This document shows, piece after piece, positions 11,381 through 22,733 of a stretch of DNA of 64,000 nucleotides. Below the pieces are notes generated by a model that was not told the origin of the DNA, searched no databases, and saw only the letters and a program-made list of their open reading frames with translations. The stretch is from NCBI GenBank assembly GCA_020184695.1, contig JAANOX010000207.1:186001-250000 (forward strand). Direction: 5' to 3'. The position numbers were made by a program, and so were the translations under genes. Position 1 is the first letter of the stretch. Each line of letters begins with the position of its first letter. The stretch is from Histomonas meleagridis 2922-C6/04-290x. Its lineage: Eukaryota > Protista > Parabasalia.

Positions 11381-14300
11381 ATTTGCAAATTTTGGAGTGT
11401 AATTAATCATGTGAAATATCTTTCGAATAGACATTAATTCGTGATAAATCTAATCGAATTTTATTTGCAAATCCTAAAGTGTAATTAATCATGTGAAATA
11501 TCTTTCGAATAGACATTAATTAGTGATAAATTTATTCGAATTTTATTTGCAAATCCTAAAGTGTAAATAATCATTTTATGGATATCTTTCGAATAGACAT
11601 TAATTCGTGATAAATCTAATCGAATTTTATTTGCAAATCCTAAAGTGTAAATAATCATTTTATGGATATCTTTCGAATAGACATTAATTAGTGATAAATT
11701 TATTCGAATTTTTATTTGCAAATCCTAAAGTGTAAATAATCATTTTTATGGATATCTTTCGAATAGACATTAATTAGTGATAAATTTATTCGAATTTTTA
11801 TTTGCAAATCCTAAAGTGTAAATAATCATTTTATGGATATCTTTCGAATAGACATTAATTAGTGATAAATTTATTCGAATTTTTATTTGCAAATCCTAAA
11901 GTGTAAATAATCATTTTATGGATATCTTTCGAATAGACATTAATTAGTGATAAATTTATTCGAATTTTATTTGCAAATCCTAAAGTGTAAATAATCATTT
12001 TATGGATATCTTTCGAATAGACATTAATTAGTGATAAATTTATTCGAATTTTATTTGCAAATCCTAAAGTGCAATTAATCATTTTATGGATATCTTTCGA
12101 ATAGACATTAATTAGTGATAAATTTATTCGAATTTTATTTGCAAATCCTAAAGTGTAAATAATCATTTTATGGATATCTTTCGAATAGACATTAATTAGT
12201 GATAAATTTATTCGAATTTTATTTGCAAATCCTAAAGTGTAATTAATCATGTGAAATATCTTTCGAATAGACATTAATTAGTGATAAATTTATTCGAATT
12301 TTATTTGCAAATCCTAAAGTGTAATTAATCATGTGAAATATCTTTCGAATAGACATTAATTAGTGATAAATTTATTCGAATTTTATTTGCAAATCCTAAA
12401 GTGCAATTAATCATTTTATGGATATCTTTCGAATAGACATTAATTAGTGATAAATCTGTTCGAATTTTATTTGCAAATCCTAAAGTGTAAATAATCATTT
12501 TATGGATATCCTAAAGTGTAAATAATCATTTTATGGATATCTTTCGAATAGACATTAATTAGTGATAAATTTATTCGAATTTTTATTTGCAAATCCTAAA
12601 GTGTAAATAATCATTTTATGGATATCTTTCGAATAGACATTAATTAGTGATAAATCTGTTCGAATTTTATTTGCAAATCCTAAAGTGTAATTAATCATGT
12701 GAAATATCTTTCGAATAGACATTAATTAGTGATAAATCTGTTCGAATTTTATTTGCAAATCCTAAAGTGTAAATAATCATTTTATGGATATCTTTCGAAT
12801 AGACATTAATTAGTGATAAATTTATTCGAATTTTATTTGCAAATCCTAAAGTGTAAATAATCATTTTATGGATATCTTTCGAATAGACATTAATTAGTGA
12901 TAAATTTATTCGAATTTTATTTGCAAATCCTAAAGTGTAAATAATCATTTTATGGATATCTTTCGAATAGACATTAATTAGTGATAAATTTATTCGAATT
13001 TTATTTGCAAATCCTAAAGTGTAATTAATCATGTGAAATATCTTTCGAATAGACATTAATTAGTGATAAATTTATTCGAATTTTATTTGCAAATCCTAAA
13101 GTGTAAATAATCATTTTATGGATATCTTTCGAATAGACATTAATTAGTGATAAATTTATTCGAATTTTATTTGCAAATCCTAAAGTGCAATTAATCATTT
13201 TATGGATATCTTTCGAATAGACATTAATTAGTGATAAATTTATTCGAATTTTATTTGCAAATCCTAAAGTGTAATTAATCATGTGAAATATCTTTCGAAT
13301 AGACATTAATTAGTGATAAATTTATTCGAATTTTATTTGCAAATCCTAAAGTGTAAATAATCATTTTATGGATATCTTTCGAATAGACATTAATTAGTGA
13401 TAAATCTGTTCGAATTTTATTTGCAAATCCTAAAGTGTAATTAATCATGTGAAATATCTTTCGAATAGACATTAATTAGTGATAAATTTATTCGAATTTT
13501 ATGTTTTATTTGCAAATCCTAAAGTGTAAATAATCATTTTATGGATATCTTTCGAATAGACATTAATTAGTGATAAATTTATTCGAATTTTATTTGCAAA
13601 TCCTAAAGTGTAAATAATCATTTTATGGATATCTTTCGAATAGACATTAATTAGTGATAAATCTGTTCGAATTTTATTTGCAAATCCTAAAGTGTAATTA
13701 ATCATGTGAAATATCTTTCGAATAGACATTAATTAGTGATAAATTTATTCGAATTTTATTTGCAAATCCTAAAGTGTAAATAATCATTTTATGGATATCT
13801 TTCGAATAGACATTAATTAGTGATAAATTTATTCGAATTTTATTTATAAATCCTAAAGTGTAATTAATCATGTGAAATATCTTTCGAATAGACATTAATT
13901 AGTGATAAATTTATTCGAATTTTATTTGCAAATCCTAAAGTGTAAATAATCATTTTATGGATATCTTTCGAATAGACATTAATTAGTGATAAATTTATTC
14001 GAATTTTATTTGCAAATCCTAAAGTGTAAATAATCATTTTTATGGATATCTTTCGAATAGACATTAATTAGTGATAAATCTGTTCGAATTTTATTTGCAA
14101 ATCCTAAAGTGTAAATAATCATTTTATGGATATCTTTCGAATAGACATTAATTAGTGATAAATTTATTCGAATTTTATTTGCAAATCCTAAAGTGTAAAT
14201 AATCATTTTATGGATATCTTTCGAATAGACATTAATTAGTGATAAATTTATTCGAATTTTTATTTGCAAATCCTAAAGTGTAAATAATCATTTTATGGAT

Positions 14301-15783
14301 ATCTTTCGAATAGACATTAATTAGTGATAAATTTATTCGAATTTTATTTGCAAATCCTAAAGTGTAAATAATCATTTTATGGATATCTTTCGAATAGACA
14401 TTAATTAGTGATAAATTTATTCGAATTTTTATTTGCAAATCCTAAAGTGTAAATAATCATTTTATGGATATCTTTCGAATAGATATAGACATTAATTAGT
14501 GATAAATTTATTCGAATTTTATTTGCAAATCCTAAAGTGTAATTAATCATGTGAAATATCTTTCGAATAGACATTAATTCGTGATAAATCTAATCGAATT
14601 TTATTTGCAAATCCTAAAGTGTAATTAATCATGTGAAATATCTTTCGAATAGACATTAATTAGTGATAAATCTGTTCGAATTTTATTTATAAATCCTAAA
14701 GTGTAATTAATCATGTGAAATATCTTTCGAATAGACATTAATTAGTGATAAATTTATTCGAATTTTATTTGCAAATCCTAAAGTGTAAATAATCATTTTA
14801 TGGATATCTTTCGAATAGACATTAATTAGTGATAAATTTATTAGAATTTTATTTGCAAATCCTAAAGTGTAATTAATCATGTGAAATATCTTTCGAATAG
14901 ACATTAATTAGTGATAAATTTATTCGAATTTTATTTATAAATCCTAAAGTGTAAATAATCATTTTATGGATATCTTTCGAATAGACATTAATTAGTGATA
15001 AATCTAATCGAATTTTATTTGCAAATCCTAAAGTGTAAATAATCATTTTATGGATATCTTTCGAATAGACATTAATTAGTGATAAATTTATTCGAATTTT
15101 ATTTGCAAATCCTAAAGTGTAAATAATCATTTTATGGATATCTTTCGAATAGACATTAATTAGTGATAAATCTGTTCGAATTTTATTTGCAAATCCTAAA
15201 GTGTAAATAATCATTTTATGGATATCTTTCGAATAGACATTAATTAGTGATAAATTTATTCGAATTTTATTTATAAATCCTAAAGTGTAAATAATCATTT
15301 TATGGATATCTTTCGAATAGACATTAATTAGTGATAAATCTAATCGAATTTTATTTGCAAATCCTAAAGTGTAAATAATCATTTTATGGATATCTTTCGA
15401 ATAGACATTAATTAGTGATAAATTTATTCGAATTTTATTTGCAAATCCTAAAGTGTAAATAATCATTTTATGGATATCTTTCGAATAGACATTAATTAGT
15501 GATAAATCTGTTCGAATTTTATTTATAAATCCTAAAGTGTAATTAATCATGTGAAATATCTTTCGAATAGACATTAATTAGTGATAAATTTATTCGAATT
15601 TTATTTATAAATCCTAAAGTGTAATTAATCATGTGAAATATCTTTCGAATAGACATTAATTCGTGATAAATCTAATCGAATTTTATTTGCAAATCCTAAA
15701 GTGTAATTAATCATGTGAAATATCTTTCGAATAGACATTAATTAGTGATAAATTTATTCGAATTTTATTTGCAAATCCTAAAA
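11381..15783. repeat. Tandem satellite, ~52-53 units of 82 bp (type A) and 84 bp (type B)
   Basis: Unit CCTAAAGTGT[AATTAATCATGTGAAATATC|AAATAATCATTTTATGGATATC]TTTCGAATAGACATTAATTAGTGATAAATTTATTCGAATTTTATTTGCAAAT repeated head to tail; copy number estimated as length/83.5. Confidence 0.97.
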
Positions 15784-16015
15784 TGTAGTTAATTATTTTA
15801 TGTGATGTATTTCTGATTAAGCACTTATTTAAGAATAAAATTTAATTTCTTATCAAATAAAATTATTTGCAAAATATAAAAATTACTTCTGTGAATATTC
15901 ACTTTCTATAAATATCTATAAACTTATTTTGATATATATATAAATGTGTTTTAATATGAAATTGCTTATGTAAAATATTTTTTTATCAATTATTTGTGCT
16001 TCGAATTAATATCAA

Positions 16016-16170
16016 ACAGAAATCGTTAAATTGCTTCTTGAGCAAGAAGGAATAAATATTAATGCCAAAGACATTTATTTGTATTAAATTTTAAAATATA
16101 TTTTAATAATTTAATATTTCAAAATAATAATTGGAAATTTAAATTATATAATGTAGCATTTCTTATCGTT
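16016..16170 (+). pseudogene. Ankyrin-repeat remnant (EIVKLLLEQEGININAKD) followed by an 80-nt AT-rich spacer
   Basis: Same core and spacer as the 19.4-20.2 kb array; flanks are degenerate. Confidence 0.75.
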
Positions 16171-16369
16171 TGAATAATTTTCAATTACAAAACATGACCT
16201 TCTATAATGAACCAAACTACTGATATTAAAAATAGTTTAAAGAGAAAAAGGACTTTAAGGGAATAACAGCCGTTGAACTTTGGCGCACAGTTCATTTTTT
16301 CTTTAAGGTTCTCCACAAAAAAACACTTTTATTAGCATTTTTATTCATATTCAATTTTTAGTGACAGAA

Positions 16370-17224
16370 ATGTTCCCAACCCTCGATGAAGTCATTCAAG
16401 AACACAAAAAAATTCTCGAGGTTAAGACAATAAATGGGTTTAGACTATCTCAAAAATATTTAATCAAAAATAAATACTCAATAACTGCAAAATTGAACCT
16501 ACCACAATTACATTTTTTCATTAAAACTGATAAGGATGGGAAACAGGAAATGGATCGATCAAAACGAACCCTTCAAATTAACAGCACAATTCCTTTTAGT
16601 TATGGTGAATTCTCTTTCGGAATTCAAGATTCAATTTCTTCTTTACTTACCATAAAACCAAATGAAAATATTGGCCTTAGATCTTCGCTTACTATATCTA
16701 AAGATCTTTCTGTTCAAACCAAGAACACTATATTTTTCCGTGATGAATTATTAAGCACTGATTTTTTCAAACAAAGTCAAATATATTCAATCAAATTGTG
16801 CACTGGCAAGCTTCCGTATATGGTTGGGGGTCAATTTATATATGACTCTAACACTGATAATTTTGGATTTAATGTAATCTTATCAAGAAATTTAAAAGCA
16901 AACAAATCTCAAGTTGTTTATCTCTATGACAAAGACATTCAATGTGTTGCAATTAAATACCAAAAAGATTTGTTTTGGAAATATAATTGGAAAATCGCAT
17001 CTGCATTTCAGTTCACATTTCCTTTTAGTGCATATGCAACAATTTCATGGAAAACGAATATTAATAATTGTGTTGTTCATTCAAGTGTAAGTACATTAGG
17101 AATCGTTAAGTCGAGCTTTGAAACAAAACCAAATAAATTCTGCACATTGAGAGTGACAGCAGAACTTGATCATGCAAAATATAATTATAATACCGGATTT
17201 TCACTTTCTTTCAATAAAAACTAA
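16370..17224 (+). CDS. Tom40-like beta-barrel (hydrogenosomal outer-membrane translocase, eukaryotic porin family)
   Basis: N-terminal TLDEVIQEHKKIL...NGFRLS resembles the Tom40 (TFEELHRECKDVF...EGFRL) segment; C-terminal AELDHAKYNYNTGFSLSF resembles the Tom40 ELDH...FGF beta-signal; ~284 aa with alternating beta-strand pattern. Confidence 0.7.
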   Translation: MFPTLDEVIQEHKKILEVKTINGFRLSQKYLIKNKYSITAKLNLPQLHFFIKTDKDGKQEMDRSKRTLQINSTIPFSYGEFSFGIQDSISSLLTIKPNENIGLRSSLTISKDLSVQTKNTIFFRDELLSTDFFKQSQIYSIKLCTGKLPYMVGGQFIYDSNTDNFGFNVILSRNLKANKSQVVYLYDKDIQCVAIKYQKDLFWKYNWKIASAFQFTFPFSAYATISWKTNINNCVVHSSVSTLGIVKSSFETKPNKFCTLRVTAELDHAKYNYNTGFSLSFNKN

Positions 17225-17404
17225 TTTGTTCTTAAACACATTATTAATTTCTTTTTATAAATAAATCGACATGTTTCAAATATATATTTTATAGTAATGT
17301 TTTTTGTTGCTATTTCCGATTTTGGTTAAAAACTTTCTAAATTAAAATTAAGATAATTTATTCATGAATAAGGAAACAATATCGATAAAATATGAAAAAT
17401 AAAA

Positions 17405-18001
17405 ATGGGCTCAAGCGAATCTTCTACTCTTCAGAATAAACCTACAAAATATACAGAAGAGCATATTCATACTCTACATCAACAAGGAATTCTTTTTACT
17501 CCAGAAGAAATTACTTGTCTCATGAAAAAATATAGAGATATAATGGGAACATATGATGTATTTGGTGAAGGAAAAATTAGTGAAAGTGATTTTATTTGTG
17601 GTATGAATATTATAGATCAAAGAGTTGGTAAGTTAATGTACAAAAAAGTAATTGAAGGTAATAGAGGTAAAATAGATTTTAATAAATTTATTTCTGGTCT
17701 TAATTCGTTTCATCCAAATGCGCCAATTGAAGAAAAGGCAAATCAATGCTATGAAATATATAATTCGGGAAATGGATATATTTCTAAAGAAGATTTAAGA
17801 AAAATGATTCATAGTTCACTTAAAAATAACACATTAATGCAAATAGATGATAATCATATGAATAATTTACTTAATGAATTATTCAAGGAATATGACACTG
17901 AAGGAAATGGAAAAATGTCAAAAGAAGATTTTATTAAAATGGTTTCAAAAGCTCCTAGTGTTCTATGTTTTCTTGACCTTGATTTGAGTTCATTTGGATA
18001 A
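17405..18001 (+). CDS. N-myristoylated EF-hand calcium sensor (calcineurin-B/CBL/NCS-like)
   Basis: MGSSES myristoylation motif; EF-hand loops DVFGEGKISESDF, NSGNGYISKEDL, DTEGNGKMSKEDF. Confidence 0.85.
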   Translation: MGSSESSTLQNKPTKYTEEHIHTLHQQGILFTPEEITCLMKKYRDIMGTYDVFGEGKISESDFICGMNIIDQRVGKLMYKKVIEGNRGKIDFNKFISGLNSFHPNAPIEEKANQCYEIYNSGNGYISKEDLRKMIHSSLKNNTLMQIDDNHMNNLLNELFKEYDTEGNGKMSKEDFIKMVSKAPSVLCFLDLDLSSFG

Positions 18002-18330
18002 AGAGAATTTATTATTTTTATACTATTTAAAATTTGATAAAATTATGATTGTTAACAATTCTTTTCTTCTCATAATGCAAATAGTTTATTATTGTAATCT
18101 ATGCAATTTATAACTTATCATTAAATACATTTAAAATATCCACAATCCCGACGAAGAAATCATTTCTTGGAAGACAGCAAAAATTAAACTTTTATTTTAC
18201 TATTTTTCAATCAAAAAATTTTTTGTTCTTTATTTCATATAAAATTTTTTAAAAAGTTAAAACTTGAAAAAAAAGTTTCTTCGAGATGATTTCAAAAAAA
18301 AAAATTAATAATCAGAGAAAATCTCTTTAT

Positions 18331-18900
18331 TTATTCAACGATGTGTGTCTTTTCAGAGATGTAGATACCATCGAGGAACTTACGAAGATCTTTGTTGTGG
18401 ATGTGTGTATGTTGATGGATTTGAGCACAAACTAATGAAACTTTGTCAATATCATTTCCTTCGATCCAAATTTCTTCTTTTTGATTTGGACTGTCCATGA
18501 TCTTTACGCCTTCTGGAGCAGTAACTGATTTCTTTTCACGTTGGCCCATAAAGTGAGTAAAGCTGAAGGAATCCTTGTTATCACCAATAGAATGCTTGAT
18601 TGGGAAGTGAGCTGTGACAAATCTCATCTTGTAGCGATAGCCTTTTGTAACACCTGTAACCATATTCTTGATATGGCCGAAAAGTGTGCCAATACGGGCA
18701 ACAAGCTTTCGGTTACCGAACCAGCAGCGAGCTAAAACAGTCTTTTCTTCAGCATTATATTCAATGTCAAGTTTAAGATGAGAAAGATCGCGAGTAAGGG
18801 TTCCGCGTGGGCCTGTAACTGTTACAACGCCTGATTTGATGGTAATGGTAACATCATCTTCGATTTTAAGATGGTCTTGGTGGAGGACTGGACGAGGCAT
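18331..18900 (-). CDS. RPL9: 60S ribosomal protein L9e (uL6)
   Basis: VTVTGPRGTLTRD, HIKNMVTGVTKGYRYKMRFVTAHFPI, DLRKFLDGIYISEK; ATG at 18900 gives 189 aa. Confidence 0.95.
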   Translation of the reverse strand: MPRPVLHQDHLKIEDDVTITIKSGVVTVTGPRGTLTRDLSHLKLDIEYNAEEKTVLARCWFGNRKLVARIGTLFGHIKNMVTGVTKGYRYKMRFVTAHFPIKHSIGDNKDSFSFTHFMGQREKKSVTAPEGVKIMDSPNQKEEIWIEGNDIDKVSLVCAQIHQHTHIHNKDLRKFLDGIYISEKTHIVE

Positions 18901-18907
18901 ATGTTGA

Positions 18908-18935
18908 AAAGGATGGCCAAAACCGCAATAACCGT
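18908..18935 (-). promoter_or_regulatory. M5 (CCTTT) plus two M3/Myb-like CGGTT motifs upstream of RPL9
   Basis: Minus strand reads AAACGGTTATTGCGGTTTTGGCCATCCTTTTCAACATATG. Confidence 0.65.
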
Positions 18936-19368
18936 TTCCCAAAAAATAACATGTCAATTTTTTTCTCAGAATTAATCCAATATTTTAATAAAATATATTT
19001 ATGTCATTATTATATTTATATAACAAATTTCGAAAATTAATGTCATTCAAACCATATCAAAATTTGCTTTTCATATTGGCCAAATACAACTTATTTCATA
19101 AAAAAAGCTTTTTTATTTATTTTTAAGAAAGAATTATAAGATCAAATTCTCAATTCAAGAATTTTTTTATCATTCTAGTGGACATATTAATAATTTTGAC
19201 TGTAATTGATATAATTTATTTAAGTAACATGCATTTTATTATAAATATTTAACTATTTCACGAATTTGAACAAAAGATTTATTCAGACACCTTCCAAATG
19301 GTTATTTTTGTACTTTATACGAAATTTGAATATTATCAGAATTGGTCTGAGGTTGTGTAATTGATCAA

Positions 19369-20146
19369 TTAAATAAGTGCTGTTTTAAATATTTTAAATA
19401 ATTTCCAAATATTATTTTAAAATTTGAAATTATTAAAACAAATTATAAATAAAACAAATAAATATCTTTGACATTAATATCAATTCCTTCTTGTTCAAGA
19501 AGTAATTTAACTATTTCTGTACGACCATTCCAAGATGCTAACATAAGTGCTGTATCAAATAATTTAAATTATTTCCAAATATTATTTTGAAATATAAAAT
19601 TATTAAAATAAATTTTAAATATAACAAATAAATATCTTTAGCATCAATATCAATTCCTTCTTGTTCAAGAAGTAATTTAACTATTTCTGTATGACCATTT
19701 TCAGATGCTAAAATAAGTGCTGTATTAAATGATTTAAATAATTCTCAAATATTATTTTGAAATATAAAATTATTAAAATAAATATTAAATAAAATAAATA
19801 AATATCTTTAACATTAATATCAACTCCTTCTTGTTCAAGAAGTAATTTAACTATTTCTGTACGACCATTCCAAGATGCTAACATAAGTGCTGTATCAAAT
19901 AATTTAAATTATTTCCAAATATTATTTTGAAATATAAAATTATTAAAATAAATTTTAAATATAACAAATAAATATCTTTAGCATCAATATCAATTCCTTC
20001 TTGTTCAAGAAGTAATTTAACTATTTCTGTATGACCATTTTCAGATGCTAAAATAAGTGATGTTTTAAATAATTTAAATAATTACCAAATATCATTTTGA
20101 AATATTAAATTATTAAAATAAATTTTAAATATAACAAATAAATATC
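19369..20146 (-). repeat. Array of 170-bp units: 90-nt ankyrin core plus 80-nt frame-breaking AT-rich spacer
   Basis: Spacers at 19384-19463, 19554-19633, 19724-19803, 19894-19973, 20064-20143; cores encode TAL(M/I)LAS(W/E)NG(R/H)TEIVKLLLEQEG(I/V)DI(N/D)(A/V)KD. Confidence 0.95.
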
Positions 20147-21280
20147 TTTAGCATTAATATCAATTCCTTTTTGTTTTAAAACGTATTCAACAAGTTCAAT
20201 ATTTCCTGATCCTGCTGAAAATACCAATATATCATGCGGAATTGAATGCTCTTTAAGAAAATATTCAACTAAAATATTTGCTGCTTCATTAATAATATCA
20301 TCATTGATTTTCATTCCTTCTTTAAGTAAAAATGAAAATATTTGATAATTATGATATAAAATACAAAGTTTTCCTAATTTTTCTAAATTATTAATTTCTT
20401 TTAATTTATTATCATAAAAATATTTAAAGATATTATTTTGTTGAAATTCAATTGCTGTTTCATATGCACCTTCAAATGATGAATGATTTTGTTCGCATAA
20501 ATGAATGATTTCTATATTTCCACCTGCAATTGCATATTTACCTGTATTTTCTACTTTTGCATTGTTCATAAGTAAATATTTAAAACATTTAACAGATCCA
20601 AAAAATGCAGCATAATCAATTAATGTGACATTTCTTTGATTAATAAATGAACATTTTTCATAAAGTGATGGTTCAATTGTTTGATTAAAATCGAAGTTTG
20701 ATTGTGATGATATTTCTTGAAGTTTTTCTATTTCATCATTTCGAATTATTTTCGCAATTTCATTTGGATTATGTCCTTCTTTAATTAATTTCTTGTGCAA
20801 TTCCCAATCATTCTTCGAAAGTTCTTCATAATTTCCAAAATCATTTTCCCTTAAATAGATTGCTAATTCTTCTTTAGACATATAATGTACAAAATAAGCA
20901 CTCTGTTTGTTTTTTACAATGTTTGGTTCAAGAAAATTATGTTCAATCATCGATTCAAGAAGATAATATGATTCATGTGTATGTTTATCATTAAGAAATC
21001 GACCAAATACATCAAATATATTCTATTTGATTTTATTATTCTCTTCAAATGTTCTTATTTCTTTGATAATATTCAAAAATAAATTTACTTTATTATTTTT
21101 GATTACAAATGAATAATATATCATTTGAATAATAATTAGATCATAAGATAAAGGATGGATTTCATCAAATTTGTTGATTATTAAACCTAAAGATCTCGAG
21201 AAATTTTCTTCATTCAAACTAAAAATTGCTTGATTTATTGATAGAAGCATTTCCCAGTCGCAATGTTCCTTTGGTCTCAT
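20105..21280 (-). CDS. DUF3447-type ankyrin-repeat protein with one in-frame TAG (21023-21025); continues into the split ankyrin array
   Basis: IRNDEIEKLQE, LIDYAAFFGSVKCFKYLL, YAIAGGNIEIIHL motifs; ORFs 21023-21280 and 20105-20950 are in the same frame, joined by 24 open codons. Confidence 0.8.
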
Positions 21281-22733
21281 GTGGAAAAATGAACAATTTC
21301 AATTCTTAACGGTTTTTAGAGCCAACGACAACCGATATATCAATTCAAATTTGAATAAAATTTGAGAGTATAAACTGTGTGGCCACACAGCGGAAAAGAT
21401 ACTCGAACGACGATCAAAATTAATTTTGAATACTTGAAAAAAATCTTTGTTTTTTTATTGATTTTCTAGTATGAAAATTTGTATCCTCTCAAATTGAGGA
21501 ATCTTTATGCCAAGAAATTTTTTATTCAAATTCTCTGTGGTTTTTTTTACAACAAAAAATTACTATTTGTCCGATCAAAAATCAATCAAAATCTATCGGG
21601 AAAGACGATACATTCAATTCCTCCAAAATATTGATCGTTCATTTCTGATTACTCAAAAATATATATGGATAAAAAAAGTGAAATTTAGAACTCCATGAAA
21701 AAAATCTTAAAATTTGCTTGCATTTCCAGAAATATTCAAACAAAGGGTAATTAAATCATATATGTAATTTTTTATAAACTTTATTATTCATCGAATTGAA
21801 GTGGATCATTTGGATTTAGGATGATTTTTGGTTCGAACATTAATCAAACAAATTTTAACAACTGAATGTTAAATAAAAATCAATAAAGCTTTTATGAAAG
21901 TTAGAACATATAATGCACTTCTAAATTCTTTTGAAATGAGAAAACTATTCAGTATTTATTTTAAAACACATTCTGCAATTTTAGGTAAAAAAATTATATA
22001 TTATAAATGATCCAGCATTATTTTACCCACACAACAGTTATTCTCCATATATAATGATATTCGAAAATGGATATATCTATAGTTTTCCGGAAATTACTTT
22101 TTGTTCTTGGAAATAAATTATGTAATACCCATGGGTAGACGATAAAAATATTTTCCTTGATCATTCAACAGCAAAAACAATTAAAATACTCATTAAATTT
22201 ATGTAACTATTATAGCGGACAAAGATATCCCAATAACAGCTCAAAATAATCGATAAAGATTTTGAAATCCAATTATTAATAATGAATCTAATGAATAAAA
22301 CCATAATTTTTGAAATACATTCTAATTTAAATTAGAAAAAAATTGAATTTTTGATAATTTGATTATTTATTTAGATTTATAATAATACTAATCATTCATC
22401 GTCTTTAAATTTCTAAAAACACCTTTAAATATTATTTTACTTCAGCGTTTCTTGAATAAAATTGGATTTGCATGATCATTTTTAAACATTCACAAGTCCA
22501 AAAAAGAAAAAACAGGAGTTTCACATGGTGCCATGTGCATTTTAACTGAAAAGAATTATCTGAGTTCATTAATTTTATGTGAACACAAAAAATGATTTTT
22601 TGAAACACATTTTTTTTACACTAAAAACAAAATATAAATACGTATTTATTTGCTCTAATCATTGTAATAAGATTTATTTGAAGCAAAAAAATTCCAATAT
22701 ATAAAAACAAATTTTGTTCGAATTTTTGGAAAT

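Noticed and set aside
11485-15574. Many repetitive minus-strand ORFs (KIRINLSLINVYSKDIHKMIIYTLGFAN)n
   Set aside because: They arise from the 84-bp unit being a multiple of 3 and are broken by every 82-bp unit; there is no start context.
11381-15783. CRISPR-like array
   Set aside because: No unique spacers; the units are contiguous near-identical repeats in a eukaryotic context.
19384-20143. Ordinary GT-AG spliceosomal introns as the explanation for the ankyrin spacers
   Set aside because: The available GT (phase 2) and the ACAG (phase 1) do not restore the frame, there is no CTAAC branch point, and single copies lack the GT or the AG.
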